Below, one piece after another: positions 48,439-59,851 of a stretch of DNA of 64,000 nucleotides (position 1 is the first letter of the stretch; each line of letters opens with the position of its first letter). Source of the DNA: an uncultured Desulfosarcina sp. GTDB lineage: Bacteria; Desulfobacterota; Desulfobacteria; Desulfobacterales; Desulfosarcinaceae. Where the stretch lies: positions 256,001 through 320,000 of the forward strand of contig CAXXWQ010000002.1 in assembly GCA_963674945.2 (NCBI GenBank), read 5' to 3'. The position numbers and the translations under genes were made by a program. The notes under the pieces were generated by a model. The model made no database searches. It was not told the origin of the DNA and saw nothing but the letters and a program-made list of their open reading frames with translations.

Positions 48439-50256
48439 TTATTGTTCCCGGACATTAAATTCCAGCTTCCATTTTCTGTCGTCCATTTTTGAAACGCAGT
48501 ACAACTCGAGGGTACCCACCTCGGTCACCTCGATTTCAAGGGAGACGGGAATGGCCTGGCCAAACTCTCCTTCCAGCGTGGTCTCGATGGTGGTAATGGC
48601 CTCGACATCTCCCTGCCACTCTTCCAGGACGCTGCCGACTTCGTCCTCCTGTCGGGTGGTCGACCCCATGAAGTCGAAGGAGACCGGTTGTCCGACCACC
48701 AGCACGAATTCCCGGTCGGGAACGCTGGCAACGGTTCCCTCCTCCATGCCGAAGGGCGCCACACAAAGGGCTTTGGTCAAGGCAGGCATACCCGGCACGG
48801 CCGGCATGGCGGCGGCGATGCCGATGTAATAGGAGCGCCCCAAACCGCCCCGGATGCGGACGCCGCCGCCCTGCCGGGCCATACCGTAATAGGCGGCCCC
48901 ACGGGCTACGGCCAAATCGTAGTCGATGGCGTCGATCTCCCGAATATCATCGTTGGCAGTCCACGCCTTCAGGACCGATATCACCCGGTCGCGTAAGAGG
49001 CCTGCCTTCATTACCCCGCCGTTGAAGAGAATCGTCGTCGGCCGGATCGGTTCTCCCTGATCGTCCTGTCTGTCCAAAAATGCGGCCAGGTGTCGGGTGA
49101 TACCTGCATCCGCCTCGAAAGAGAGGCCGAATTCCTGGATCCCGGAGCGAACCGCGGCCTTGGGTTTATCGGTACGTGCGCACGTTGGGAAGAAACCGTC
49201 CCGCAGCACCTCATCCACCATCTGGCGGGTCAATTCGGTGGTGATGGTTCCACCGATCAGACTGGATCCGCGCCCCAAAATGGATACCGAAAGGCTCTGT
49301 GTATCCGGGTCCGACAACAAGCGCTCCTTAGCCCTGCGGCAGCTCTGCCACAGGCCTTTCATCTGCCAGGTATCCAACCGGGTGCCCTGCTCGGCCAATT
49401 GGTGGGAGAGGCGATACGCCAGGGCCAGGTCCATGTTGTCACCCCCTACCAGCAGGTGGTTTCCCACGGCGATCCGATCAAGGGTGAGGTCTCCATCTTC
49501 TTCGCCCACCCGGATCAGACTGAAATCGCTGGTTCCCCCGCCCACATCACAAACCAGGATGAGGTCGCCGGGTGAAACGCGTTCCCGCCACTTGCCGTCG
49601 CTGGCCCCGATCCATGCATAAAACGCCGCCTGGGGCTCCTCCAACAGGGTCGCATGGGACAAACCGGCGATTTCCGCCGCCGTCACGGTCAGCTGCCTTG
49701 CCACGGCGTCGAAGGAGGCCGGAACCGTCAAATAGATCCGTTGCTTCTCCATCCGCAGACGGTCGTCGATTCCCTCTTCGGTCGTGGCCATGGTATGGTT
49801 CCAGGCATCGCGGATATGTGTCAAAATTGCCGCCGACGCCTCCACCGGTGACATCTTTTTCCCCTCCGGAATGGATTTTTCGGATCCGGCACCCGTCCAC
49901 GGCAATATGGGGGCCTTTCGGTCCACCAGGGTATTGCACAGCCACGATTTGGAAGAGGAGATCAGGCGGTGCGGAATCTCTTCGCCCCGCGTTCGGGCAT
50001 ATTCGCCAACGGCATAAGAGGCCGCTTTGTTCCAGGGGAGTTCGATGGCGCCTTCGGGAATATCCGGTGACTCCGGCAATAAAACGAAAGACGGCAGTGA
50101 CGGGCGATTTTCGACAGTGCCGGCATCGACGGTTTGCGGGACGTCGAAGATGCGAACCCGTGCCTCTTCGAATCGATCGGTATCCGCCTTTGTATAGGCA
50201 ACGACACTGTTGGTCGTGCCCAGATCTATGCCGATAATAAAAACAGGGTCATCCAT
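48439..50256 (-). CDS. Atypical Hsp70-family protein
   Basis: GIDLGTTNS, EEPQAAF, DVGGGTSDF, GGDNMD; terminal WKLEFNVRE. Confidence 0.88.
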   Translation of the reverse strand: MDDPVFIIGIDLGTTNSVVAYTKADTDRFEEARVRIFDVPQTVDAGTVENRPSLPSFVLLPESPDIPEGAIELPWNKAASYAVGEYARTRGEEIPHRLISSSKSWLCNTLVDRKAPILPWTGAGSEKSIPEGKKMSPVEASAAILTHIRDAWNHTMATTEEGIDDRLRMEKQRIYLTVPASFDAVARQLTVTAAEIAGLSHATLLEEPQAAFYAWIGASDGKWRERVSPGDLILVCDVGGGTSDFSLIRVGEEDGDLTLDRIAVGNHLLVGGDNMDLALAYRLSHQLAEQGTRLDTWQMKGLWQSCRRAKERLLSDPDTQSLSVSILGRGSSLIGGTITTELTRQMVDEVLRDGFFPTCARTDKPKAAVRSGIQEFGLSFEADAGITRHLAAFLDRQDDQGEPIRPTTILFNGGVMKAGLLRDRVISVLKAWTANDDIREIDAIDYDLAVARGAAYYGMARQGGGVRIRGGLGRSYYIGIAAAMPAVPGMPALTKALCVAPFGMEEGTVASVPDREFVLVVGQPVSFDFMGSTTRQEDEVGSVLEEWQGDVEAITTIETTLEGEFGQAIPVSLEIEVTEVGTLELYCVSKMDDRKWKLEFNVREQ

Positions 50257-50558
50257 GAATATGAATCCTCCAGTCTCGAAATCCGATCCCGTTGGGAAGG
50301 GGTATCATCGAATCCGTAACTACGAAGAGATGTAAGCGATTTCGGACGGGAGATATGGAATTTTTGATATGCCGTCCGGGTGATCATTTGCAAACGGCAT
50401 AATATATATCAGATGGGAAAATCATCAACCCAAAATTGATGGCAAACGGATCTGCCTCCCCCCGATCCGGTTCACCGGGCGGCGCGGACACCCATGGAGG
50501 ACGAACGGGATCCTTCGCCGATCATCAAAGAGACATTGGTTTCAGGAGAACAGAATCA

Positions 50559-50942
50559 TCAACCGCTTGCCAAGGCCCTCGCATTGATTACGTACAAAAT
50601 GACCTCGAGGATTTCGAGTCGGATCGGTTTCTGGTAGATGCCATCGAAACCGGCGGCAACGAGATTTTCGAAATCGTATGCTGCAAGGTTGCCGGATAGG
50701 GCGAAAATCTTCATGTCGGGAAATTTCCGCCTCACTTTCTTACAGAAGGCGACACCATCGAGCCATGGCATTTTCAGATCCGTGATCAGTGCCGGGAAAT
50801 CATTTTCCCACTCCAGAATCAGTTCCGCTTCTTCGGCACTGTCAACGGTTACGGCTTCCCATCCAAACTTTTCCAACATTCGTTTCATCAATCTCAGGTG
50901 ACTTCGTTGGTCGTCAATTAACAAGATTTTTTCACTGTGCAT
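50559..50942 (-). CDS. Single-domain response regulator
   Basis: ILLIDD, ITDLKMP..DG, ALSG, KP. Confidence 0.88.
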   Translation of the reverse strand: MHSEKILLIDDQRSHLRLMKRMLEKFGWEAVTVDSAEEAELILEWENDFPALITDLKMPWLDGVAFCKKVRRKFPDMKIFALSGNLAAYDFENLVAAGFDGIYQKPIRLEILEVILYVINARALASG

Positions 50943-51410
50943 GAGTTTCCACTGTTTCCGTTAAGAATTGAGAAGAAAGATGCAATGTCAACCGTCACAA
51001 AAATAGGATCGACTTCGATGTTCGCAGCCAGGAAATGCGCCTTCACAGATTAATTACATGGGGGGGCTGCAGACCCGGACAACCCGTCACGCAAAAGTTC
51101 ATCCACCGCCAAAATGCCCCAATACGCGCCTATGAATGAACCTCGTTGACGAATCAACATCCGGCGAAATGGTGTGATAATTTTGTATAGCGGTATTTAG
51201 ATTGCTACGTGAGTGTTACGAATGGATCCACTGTAAACGGAAAAGCATGATTCTGTCAACCAGTACGATGTGAGATTTTTCATTGGTTGACTTCGAGCCG
51301 GGTGAGGTCCTCCCGGATTTGCCCCCAAGGATTGAAAGATGGACGTGTTTGTTGACTTTCATTTGATTATTTTTGCTTTTTTCCCCGCGGATGAAAACGT
51401 CATGTCCTGT

Positions 51411-52289
51411 TCAGTGCTTTATTCTCAATGCGTCGGTCAGTATCTTAAAATCGAATCGATCACTTTTCCATCCCAGGTCTCCATCGATTTGAAGTCGTAA
51501 TGGACGGTCCAATTCAATCATCGCCCTTTTCCCCGTCCGGTAATCACCTACACGGTTGCCGATGGTAAATCCTTGCAGGAAAGCGGCCACGATCCGAAAA
51601 AATCCAGAGGACAGGGCCATGGTGTGCAGCCGACCATCGTCCCAACGGGCATGGGGGACCACCTTCAGGCCCATTCCGAAGAAAGGTTGTTTGACCACCA
51701 TGAAGCTTACGAGATTTTCCATACGTATTGTTTTGTCGTCTATCCGGATCCAGGCGCCGGTGGGCCGGTACGCATGGAAAACTGCGCTGACAACGGCGCG
51801 GAAGTGGGCGTGGAACCCATGGTATCCCATGTTTCGATACTTTTCATAGCGTTTTATGGCCGTGCCGTCGATTCCCAGAGATGCCATGAAGGATTTACGC
51901 TTGCCCCCACAATCGATGAGATCGTACCGATACATCTTTCCATTGCGGATCCGATTGGCGACAGCCAAAGGGCCGCCTCGATATCCAAGCGCATGGGTGA
52001 GGGCGTTTCCGGTCCCGAAAGGCAGAAAGGCCAGCGTCGTTTTCGATACGTCTACGGTATTGATGGCCAAAGAGAAGGTACCGTCACCACCGGCCACGAC
52101 CATTACATCACATTTTTCGGCCTGGTCCCGGAGGCATTGGGCGAACTCTTCGGCGCTTTTCGTATCCAGTCCTTTGATCCGTGCACCGAAAATGGCGGCG
52201 ATCTTCTTTAAAAGCGCATAACGCCTTTCCATGGTCAAGACGCCGGAGACCGGATTGGCGATCACGCAGTAGCGTGTGTCGTCGGTCAT
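51411..52289 (-). CDS. Diacylglycerol/lipid kinase family protein
   Basis: NPVSG, GGDGT, PFGTGN, QIDGD. Confidence 0.88.
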   Translation of the reverse strand: MTDDTRYCVIANPVSGVLTMERRYALLKKIAAIFGARIKGLDTKSAEEFAQCLRDQAEKCDVMVVAGGDGTFSLAINTVDVSKTTLAFLPFGTGNALTHALGYRGGPLAVANRIRNGKMYRYDLIDCGGKRKSFMASLGIDGTAIKRYEKYRNMGYHGFHAHFRAVVSAVFHAYRPTGAWIRIDDKTIRMENLVSFMVVKQPFFGMGLKVVPHARWDDGRLHTMALSSGFFRIVAAFLQGFTIGNRVGDYRTGKRAMIELDRPLRLQIDGDLGWKSDRFDFKILTDALRIKH

Positions 52290-52415
52290 CAGAAGCCCCT
52301 TCTTTTCAACTTTTTCATAGGATGCAAAGGAATGAGGGATGTATAGAAAATCTGGCACGCATGACTCGTGAATACATGCCAAATTTTTATTTCATGGTGA
52401 TTGACGATCGATTTT

Positions 52416-52796
52416 TTATGCCGGACACAACTCCTTAATCTTCGACAAGAGTGCGGCCTTACGAAGCGGCTTGACAACGAAGGCATCACATTTTCCCCTG
52501 GCCTTTACCACATAGTCCACGTTGCTGTGGGCGGTGACCATGATCTTTTTTGCCGGTTTGATGCCGTTTTTCTGTTCCAATTGGCAAAACCGCTGCAGCA
52601 AATCCAAGCCGGTGATGTCCGGCAGTTCGATGTCGATGGTGATGAGATCATAATATTCACCGTTGCCAATGGCTTCCACGAAATACTCTGTTGCTTCGAT
52701 GCCAGTTACAGCGGTGTCACAGTTGCCGACATTGGTCAGCATCAACTCCAGTTTTTTCAAGGCGATGGGTTCGTCATCGATCAACAAGATTTTCAT
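52416..52796 (-). CDS. Single-domain response regulator (CheY-like)
   Basis: [24 protein letters not shown] overlaps the kinase stop. Confidence 0.88.
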   Translation of the reverse strand: MKILLIDDEPIALKKLELMLTNVGNCDTAVTGIEATEYFVEAIGNGEYYDLITIDIELPDITGLDLLQRFCQLEQKNGIKPAKKIMVTAHSNVDYVVKARGKCDAFVVKPLRKAALLSKIKELCPA

Positions 52797-55453
52797 ACCA
52801 TATTTCCTTCCCATTGGGTGATAAACTCTTTAAACCGCTGAAATTGGTCCGTAAGATCGACAATTTGTTCGTTCAATTCTTCCATGGTGCCGGAAGGGCT
52901 GTGATTTTCCAGAAGGGCCGCCGCTTTTGACAGTGCCGCCGCTTCCAATGTCGCGGCACCGCCCTTGATGGCATGGGCCTCTTTTCGAATTCGTTCCCGG
53001 TCCCTTTGATCCATGGATTTTCGGATAATCGGTAGCTGGGCATCTATATTTTCGATCAGTTGACGGGCCACAACGATGACGGTCTCGGCATCACCGAATT
53101 CATCCACCGCGGTAACCGTGTCCATGACCTTCGCATCGGGCGTATCGGTGGCGGTGATGGATTCTCCGTTTTCCGTTCGGTTCCTCTGTTGCATGCCATC
53201 GTCTTTGGTTTTGATCCATTTATCGGCCGTTTCGATCAGCTGATGCCGCCGAACCGGCTTGGTAAGATAGCCGTCCATGCCGGCATCCCGGCATTTTTTT
53301 TCATCCCCCTTCATGGCGTTTGCCGTCAGCGCAATGATAGGGACCCGTTGGACAGATTTCCGGGCGTTTTCCAATGCCCGGATTTTCCCGGTTGCCTCGA
53401 ACCCGTTGCAGACGGGCATCTGAATGTCCATGAAGATCAGATCGTACAGGCCGGCCTCGAAGGCCTCTACTGCCTTTTGGCCGTTTTCGGCCACATCCAC
53501 ATCGAAGCCAGCCGCCGTCAAATGCAAGAATGCCGCCTGTTGGTTGGTAATATAGTCATCGACAAGGAGGATCCGTCCCTGTCGAATGGGCTGGCGTTCG
53601 TTTTCGGGCAGTGCCGATTCGGCGACCACCGTTCGTCGGCTTTTTTCCGCCGATTCGAATGTTCCGCCGTTCAAATGATCCACTATCGATTTTATTTCTC
53701 CCAGTTTTGCCGGTTTGGAAAGGCAGCCGTCGAAACCCAGGGCCAGATAATCCTTTGCCACCGCCATCTCTTTTAAACTCGTGAATACAATGACAGGCGT
53801 TGCGGCATACGGTGGGAACTGCCGCATGCGTTTTTTGAGCGTCATGCCATTCATGTCCGGCATCCGGGCATCGATGATGATGGCGCTGATCGGCGTCTCT
53901 TCTTTGGACATTTCAGTAAGGAGCGAAAGGGCCGTTTGGCCATCGGTGGCCGTTACTGCCGTCATCCCCAGTTGGTCAAGATATTGTGCCATAACCTTGC
54001 AGGTTGTGGCGCTATTATCCACCACCAACAAGGTCATTGTCTCTTCAGTGATTTCCTGACAGATCCGTTCTGCTGGTTGGGGCACCTGTAATCCAAAATC
54101 GGCGGTAAACCAGAAGGAGCTTCCTTTTCCCGGCCGGCTTTCGACACCAATCTTTCCGCCCATCATTTCCACCAGTTGTTTGCTGATGGCCGTTCCCAGT
54201 CCCGTCCCGCCATATTGCCGCGTCGTTGAACTGTCGGCCTGGGTAAAGCTGGAAAAGATCTGGTCCAATTTGTCCGGCTCGATGCCGATACCCGTATCGG
54301 TGATGGTGAATCGGAGTGTTACCCGGTCCTCGGAGACGGCTTCTTTTCGTGCATCAATGAATATCTCACCGGATTCGGTAAATTTCGCGGCATTTCCGGT
54401 GAGGTTCATCAGTATTTGACGAAGTCGCACGGGGTCACCCATCAATGCCGAGGGAACCGACATCGGTACGAAAACATTGAGTTCGACACCCTTTTCCGAG
54501 GTTTGAAAAACAAAACTTTCACCCACCTCGTCTACCAAGTCCCGAAGGTCGAATCCGATGTGCTCGAGTTCCATCTTTCCGGATTCGATTTTCGAAAAAT
54601 CCAGCACATCATTGATCTGATGAAGCAGCGAAAAGGATTCCCTGCCGATGATTTCGATGATTTGTCGCTGGTTTTCGTCCAGGTCGGTGGACAGCGCCAC
54701 TTCGGTCATTCCGATGATGCCGTTTAACGGGGTCCGCAATTCGTGGCTCATATTGGCGAGAAATTCGCTCTTGGCCCGGTTGGCGGCCTGGGCCTTTTGG
54801 GCAAGGGCGCTTGTCCTGGCCATTGCCTGTTCCAGCTCAATCTGGGACATGGTCAACTCCAGGGTTCGCTCTGCCACCTGCTCTTCGAGCAGACGACTTT
54901 GATTTTGCATCAGGTGGGCATAGGCGATGCTTTCCGCCGCATTGGCAACGTGAAGCAAAATAATGGACAACAAGGTATTGGCCGTATCGGGCAATACCAT
55001 TTGATCCAATGGCAACAGACCGACGAACATTCCCCGGATCTGGTTATGGTTGGCAATTACATGAAGCAGGAATTGACGGCCTTGATCCATGGAGGAGATC
55101 GGCACACTTCGACGTTCGCGAATGGCCCATGCGAAATATCCCTCCTCGATCATATGGTCCACCTCCTGTTGAATCATCGATACCAGATGATCGGGGTCGC
55201 CGAAGGCGGACTGAAATGAAAAATCCGATTCATCCACGAGGTAAAAGACCTGACCCTCAAATGGGAAAATGGTGTCGATCCGTCGTTTGGCTTCGGGCAG
55301 CAATGCATCAAAATCGGTGTTTTCGCCTTCAATGTTGGTATAAAAGTCTTCCAGTGACAGCACCATCTCCAACGCATTCTGGATATACCGACGATTTTCC
55401 TCCAGATGAGAAATTCTCGACTCAAGGGCCTCGATCCTGCTGATAGACGTCAC
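52793..55453 (-). CDS. Cytoplasmic hybrid histidine kinase (HisKA-HATPase-REC-REC-HPt)
   Basis: [48 protein letters not shown]. Confidence 0.93.
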   Translation of the reverse strand: MTSISRIEALESRISHLEENRRYIQNALEMVLSLEDFYTNIEGENTDFDALLPEAKRRIDTIFPFEGQVFYLVDESDFSFQSAFGDPDHLVSMIQQEVDHMIEEGYFAWAIRERRSVPISSMDQGRQFLLHVIANHNQIRGMFVGLLPLDQMVLPDTANTLLSIILLHVANAAESIAYAHLMQNQSRLLEEQVAERTLELTMSQIELEQAMARTSALAQKAQAANRAKSEFLANMSHELRTPLNGIIGMTEVALSTDLDENQRQIIEIIGRESFSLLHQINDVLDFSKIESGKMELEHIGFDLRDLVDEVGESFVFQTSEKGVELNVFVPMSVPSALMGDPVRLRQILMNLTGNAAKFTESGEIFIDARKEAVSEDRVTLRFTITDTGIGIEPDKLDQIFSSFTQADSSTTRQYGGTGLGTAISKQLVEMMGGKIGVESRPGKGSSFWFTADFGLQVPQPAERICQEITEETMTLLVVDNSATTCKVMAQYLDQLGMTAVTATDGQTALSLLTEMSKEETPISAIIIDARMPDMNGMTLKKRMRQFPPYAATPVIVFTSLKEMAVAKDYLALGFDGCLSKPAKLGEIKSIVDHLNGGTFESAEKSRRTVVAESALPENERQPIRQGRILLVDDYITNQQAAFLHLTAAGFDVDVAENGQKAVEAFEAGLYDLIFMDIQMPVCNGFEATGKIRALENARKSVQRVPIIALTANAMKGDEKKCRDAGMDGYLTKPVRRHQLIETADKWIKTKDDGMQQRNRTENGESITATDTPDAKVMDTVTAVDEFGDAETVIVVARQLIENIDAQLPIIRKSMDQRDRERIRKEAHAIKGGAATLEAAALSKAAALLENHSPSGTMEELNEQIVDLTDQFQRFKEFITQWEGNMV

Positions 55454-55454
55454 T

Positions 55455-56690
55455 TTATTTATCCTCTGAAAAGACTGTCACGAGAAAGTCGAGGTGATCG
55501 ATCGCCTGGTCCATAATTACGGAGAGGCTTTTCGCCGATAACCGAAGCTTCTCCCATGCATCGGCATTCAATGTTGGAACCCGCAATTCACCGCTTCTTC
55601 CTTCCCCCAGGCTGTGTGCGATGATATCGGCAAGGTGGATCACTGCGGCCTTCACCGGGTCCTGGGCGGATAAGGGACGATGGTGGTAAATGACATTTTG
55701 ACTCAAGGCCACGGGAAAGTTCCACTTTTTGAAAAGATCGGCGGCGACATCGGTGTGACGGAAGCCCATCATGGCTTTTTCCGTGTCGTACAGCATTGCG
55801 TTTTGTTCTTCGGATGAGGACAACATCCACGCCGATTCCTTTGGGAAATGTTTGAAAATCACCAGGCGACCGATATCGTGAAGCAGACCGGAGACGAACA
55901 TCTGTTCCGTATTTCGAATGTTGCCGCTGGCCGAGATCGTTCGGGCGAGGACGCCGCAGGCCAGATTGTGGTGGGTGAATGCCTGCATATCAAACACTTC
56001 CTTGGGAATGTCTTTGAATATTTCCATCGTGGTGATGCCGACGGCAAGAGCGGAGACCTCCTTTGATCCGATGATGGTAACGGCACGTGTAACGGTGTCG
56101 ATGCGGGATGGAAACCCGTAAAAGGCACTGTTGACGATTCGCAGCAAGAGTGCGGAAAGACCGGGACTCTTGTTGATCACACGGGCGATGTCCTCCGCCG
56201 ACGAGAACGGGTCGGCAATGGTGTCATTGAGTTGAAAGATGATGGACGGAATTTCCGGAAGATCGATCTCCCGGTTGCTGATCTTTTGGCGCATTCCTTT
56301 TCCGGGATTCAAGTTGGGGGTATCGGGCGCGGTCGTATTCATCCTGGCCGGCTTCCGATGATCCTCCGGCTTCCTGCTCCGGTGGAGAACCGAATGACGA
56401 AAAATTTCCGCTACCGCAGGGTGGCCCAGATCGTTATCGGCAAAGGCGGTTTTCAGATTCTCGGCCACCTGTCGTATTTTTTCCGGATTCGGTGCACTGA
56501 CGTCGTTTTCATTGGCGTCATTAGACGGTTCCTGCACCGCAACTTCTCTGATGCCCCAGGTTTTGAATACCGTCAGGTGATTGTTGCGGACGGTTTTTCC
56601 CTTTGAGAGAAAGAGCTTTCCGTTTACGCCGATGACGTCTTCTGAGAGAATCATTCCTGTTTTCAGTTGATCTATAGGAAGATTTGGCAT
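55455..56690 (-). CDS. HDOD domain protein
   Basis: [33 protein letters not shown]. Confidence 0.9.
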   Translation of the reverse strand: MPNLPIDQLKTGMILSEDVIGVNGKLFLSKGKTVRNNHLTVFKTWGIREVAVQEPSNDANENDVSAPNPEKIRQVAENLKTAFADNDLGHPAVAEIFRHSVLHRSRKPEDHRKPARMNTTAPDTPNLNPGKGMRQKISNREIDLPEIPSIIFQLNDTIADPFSSAEDIARVINKSPGLSALLLRIVNSAFYGFPSRIDTVTRAVTIIGSKEVSALAVGITTMEIFKDIPKEVFDMQAFTHHNLACGVLARTISASGNIRNTEQMFVSGLLHDIGRLVIFKHFPKESAWMLSSSEEQNAMLYDTEKAMMGFRHTDVAADLFKKWNFPVALSQNVIYHHRPLSAQDPVKAAVIHLADIIAHSLGEGRSGELRVPTLNADAWEKLRLSAKSLSVIMDQAIDHLDFLVTVFSEDK

Positions 56691-56866
56691 GGTTCACCAT
56701 TCTTTTTTTTATGCGGATTGCACATCTTTATCAATTTTCTTTATCGTGCAGTTGCTGTGCAACTTGAGGGTTTGAAATTCCAGGGGAAGGTGATTATTTT
56801 TGTCAATATATGGGTTCAAGCCGTACCATTTGATGAAAACGGACAGAACTGGAACTGGAGGAGCCA

Positions 56867-57766
56867 ATGGAAGAACAGCGAAAAGCGGCAGTCTGGGGAG
56901 CATTCGTGGCCGATGCACTGGCATTGGGCGTCCACTGGGTATACAATGTCAACGTCATCGATAAAAAATTCGGTCGGATCCAAGGATACGTCGACCCCAT
57001 CACATCCTTTCATGAAGGCAAGAAAGCGGGGGATTTTACACACTACGGGGATCAGATGCTCCTGCTTTTGGAATCGTTGGACGAACGCGGGGTGTATGAC
57101 GAAAGCCGCTTTGCCCGCTCCTGGCGGGAATTTTTCTCCACATACAAGGGCTATTTCGACAAAGCAACGAAAGGGACCCTGGAAAATATGGCTGCCGGAA
57201 AAGGCGAGACCGAAAGCGGTTCCGCATCCGACGATCTGGCCGGGGCTTCACGGATGGCCGCCTTGCTTGCCACCGATGACGATGATCCGGAGCATCTGGT
57301 TCAGGCCGCCCGGTCCCAGACCGCCGTCACGCACGGTGATGAACGGGTGATGCAAAGCGCCGATTTCTTTTCCCGCGTGGTCATGGCGGTTCTACAGGGA
57401 GAATCCCCGGTGGTCGCTTTGGAGACGATCGCCAAATCCCATTTTTCCCATAGCGCTATTTCCGATTTGATCCGTGCGGGGCTCGAGAGCCGCGAGGGAG
57501 AAACCAGAAAGGTCATATCCGACTTCGGTCAGATGTGTAGCGTGGGGGCCGGCCTGCCCGGCGCCATTCATCTCATTTGCCGATACACAGATGACCTTGC
57601 CACCGCATTGGTGGAGAACGTCATGGCCGGGGGGGATTCATCGGCCCGGGGAATTCTGGCCGGCATGGTACTCGGGGCGGCCAACGGCATGGCGGCCATA
57701 CCGGCGCGATGGATAACGGAGATGAATGCCGCGGAGAGAATCAAGGCGCGGTTGGATCGTCTTTGA
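56867..57766 (+). CDS. ADP-ribosylglycohydrolase family protein
   Basis: GAFVADALA, GDFTHYGDQ, AVTH, NVMAGGDSSARG..AG.VLGA..G...IP..W; GGAGG RBS. Confidence 0.85.
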   Translation: MEEQRKAAVWGAFVADALALGVHWVYNVNVIDKKFGRIQGYVDPITSFHEGKKAGDFTHYGDQMLLLLESLDERGVYDESRFARSWREFFSTYKGYFDKATKGTLENMAAGKGETESGSASDDLAGASRMAALLATDDDDPEHLVQAARSQTAVTHGDERVMQSADFFSRVVMAVLQGESPVVALETIAKSHFSHSAISDLIRAGLESREGETRKVISDFGQMCSVGAGLPGAIHLICRYTDDLATALVENVMAGGDSSARGILAGMVLGAANGMAAIPARWITEMNAAERIKARLDRL

Positions 57767-57845
57767 TAATTGCAATTTATTGGGGTGAAAAAATCATGGT
57801 CCTTTGGACCAGTCAGCGTTCATTTGCCTTGCCGTATGCTTGTTG

Positions 57846-57976
57846 CCAGAATTCAGGAGTCAGCATTCAGAATCCAGAATCAGGTACTCGCCTTCGGCTC
57901 CATCCATTTGATCAAATCGGCGGAGCAAAGCGACATCAGATTCGTTCTGGCTCCTGAATTCTGGCTTCTGACTCCT
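57846..57976. repeat. Family B element (reverse orientation)
   Basis: Same core and arms as the copies at 22224 and 48161. Confidence 0.8.
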
Positions 57977-57989
57977 ATAATTCCCTGTT

Positions 57990-58033
57990 ATCGAAGCGCA
58001 GGTGCCCATATCGAACTTTTTACGAAGCCGTCA
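57990..58033. repeat. Family A half element
   Basis: ATATCGAACTTTTTACGAAGCCGTCA is the reverse complement of the family A left end. Confidence 0.65.
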
Positions 58034-58035
58034 CG

Positions 58036-59076
58036 CTATGGGCGAATGCCCGCGTCAGTATCGAACGTCTCGGGTGGTTGGGGCAGATTGCCGCGAATAA
58101 GAAAATTCTTCTGAAGACTCTGAACGATCCGGTCGACTTCGGCAATTTCGTCTCGAATCTCCTGGATACCGTCCCGGGTCGTGCTGGTTAGTCTGGGGAT
58201 GTCTTCGCTGCCTTCTTTCACATTCAACAAAACGGCCTGAATGGTGTCAAGGGACTTCTGGGTTTTTTCCAGGATCATTTTCAGACGCTCCACGCTCTCC
58301 ACGACGCCGACGCCGGCAGTCCGTATGGTTTCGAGGTTTTCGTTCACCCGATCCATCACCTCCGGACCCTTTGCCGTGGTTCGGCGTAAATCCTCTATGG
58401 CCGGCCCCACCTGATTCAGGTTCGACATCACGGTATCCACCAGTTCCCTGGACGCGATCAGCGAGCCCACCGTTCCCTCTCCCCGCTGGATGTCACCGGT
58501 GACCTGCGCCAGGTGTTGGGCAGTCGCCTCCAGACTCTTCACGGTGCCCATCAAGGGGCCATCCGGATCTTTCAGGTTGGCGACCAATTCGGTGATGTCC
58601 TGGATGGCCTGAACGACCAGGCGCGCCGTCTTCTCCACTTCGAAGTCCTTAAGAATGTCCGAAACCGATTTTTTTTCCTTTGATGGAATGGTTCCCCCGT
58701 CAGGGATAATGGGTGATCTCGATCGTCCCGGAATGATGGAGATGTATTCGGAACCGATGAGGGTCGGGCTGTCCACCACGGCCACCGCATCTTCCCGGAT
58801 GCGGGATGCGTATTTCGCCAAAATCGCCAGCTTTACCTTGACGTTGTCCTCCCCCAAACTGATTTCTTTCACCTTTCCGATATCCGCTCTGAAGAGTTTG
58901 ACCGCCGCATTGACCTGCAGGTTGTAGCTCTCTTTGAACTCCGTATAGAAAGTGACCTCTTCGGCGAACCAGTCCTTCCCGCGTCCCAGAAGAACCACTG
59001 TGGCCAGCAATAGTGCCGTGATGCCGATGACGAAGAGGCCGACAAGCTTTTCCATTTTCGTATAGGTGGTTTGCAT
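58036..59076 (-). CDS. MlaD/MCE family protein with helical extension
   Basis: VGLFV N-terminal TM, IGKVKEI, LIGSEYISIIPG, GEGTVG.L. Confidence 0.85.
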   Translation of the reverse strand: MQTTYTKMEKLVGLFVIGITALLLATVVLLGRGKDWFAEEVTFYTEFKESYNLQVNAAVKLFRADIGKVKEISLGEDNVKVKLAILAKYASRIREDAVAVVDSPTLIGSEYISIIPGRSRSPIIPDGGTIPSKEKKSVSDILKDFEVEKTARLVVQAIQDITELVANLKDPDGPLMGTVKSLEATAQHLAQVTGDIQRGEGTVGSLIASRELVDTVMSNLNQVGPAIEDLRRTTAKGPEVMDRVNENLETIRTAGVGVVESVERLKMILEKTQKSLDTIQAVLLNVKEGSEDIPRLTSTTRDGIQEIRDEIAEVDRIVQSLQKNFLIRGNLPQPPETFDTDAGIRP

Positions 59077-59145
59077 CAGATGGTCGCTTTCAGAAGAGAG
59101 ATGTTTCGTGGTGAACCACTGTCGGTATGGATGGTTTCCCTATTT

Positions 59146-59847
59146 TCATTCGTTCTCCGGCTCATTGTCTACATCCCAGGATTGGATCGTCCGGTCCATC
59201 ATCATCAGGATCCGGTTGGCCAAACCATAGACGCGGTTATGGTTGGAAATGAATACCAGCGCCGTCTTGTCACGAACAATTTGCTTCAGATAACCGAACA
59301 GCCCATCATTCACCGTAACGTCCATGAAGTTTTCGGGACGGTCGATCAACATGACCGACGGCGATTTGCCCATTTCGCGGATCGTGATGGCCTGTAACAC
59401 CTCCGCTTCGGAAAGGGCCGATGGCCGCAAGTCCAGCTTCGTGGTTATTCCGGCCTCATCGCACAGGCTTGCGATCTCTTTTGCCAGTTCGATGGTCAGA
59501 TCGTCCTCTTCGTAAAACCGGTGAAGCAAAAGGTTCTCCCGTATGGTCCGGTTGCTGATCAATGCCGAATCATCGGCCACATAGCCGATCTGCCGTTTGA
59601 CGGGGAGGCACTGGCGGTAGTTTTTCGGGTCTACCGGCGAATTTTTAAATCGGTAGGTGCCGTTTTCCGGGATGCTCAATGTTGCCATGACCCGAAGAAG
59701 GTGCCTGGCGTCATTGTGTCTCGGGGTTTGGATGGCGATCACGTCACCCGGTGCGACCGCAAGCCGTTTCGTTTCATATTGACCGTGACTGCCCGATGAT
59801 ACCAGGGTCAAATTCGTAATTTCGATAATGGGGTCGGGGTGCGTCAT
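59146..59847 (-). CDS. MlaF-like ABC ATPase with degenerate catalytic motifs
   Basis: IGYV.DDSALISNRTIRENL is ABC-like; Walker A, signature and Walker B are degenerate. Confidence 0.72.
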   Translation of the reverse strand: MTHPDPIIEITNLTLVSSGSHGQYETKRLAVAPGDVIAIQTPRHNDARHLLRVMATLSIPENGTYRFKNSPVDPKNYRQCLPVKRQIGYVADDSALISNRTIRENLLLHRFYEEDDLTIELAKEIASLCDEAGITTKLDLRPSALSEAEVLQAITIREMGKSPSVMLIDRPENFMDVTVNDGLFGYLKQIVRDKTALVFISNHNRVYGLANRILMMMDRTIQSWDVDNEPENE

Positions 59848-59851
59848 CGTG

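Noticed and set aside
50436..50520. c-di-GMP riboswitch at the GGCAAACGGATC hairpin
   Set aside because: No GNRA loop or CGCAAA junction, and it is not oriented as a leader for a downstream gene.
22224..57976. Recurrent repeats as a CRISPR array
   Set aside because: Copies are dispersed, with no repeat-spacer periodicity and no cas genes.
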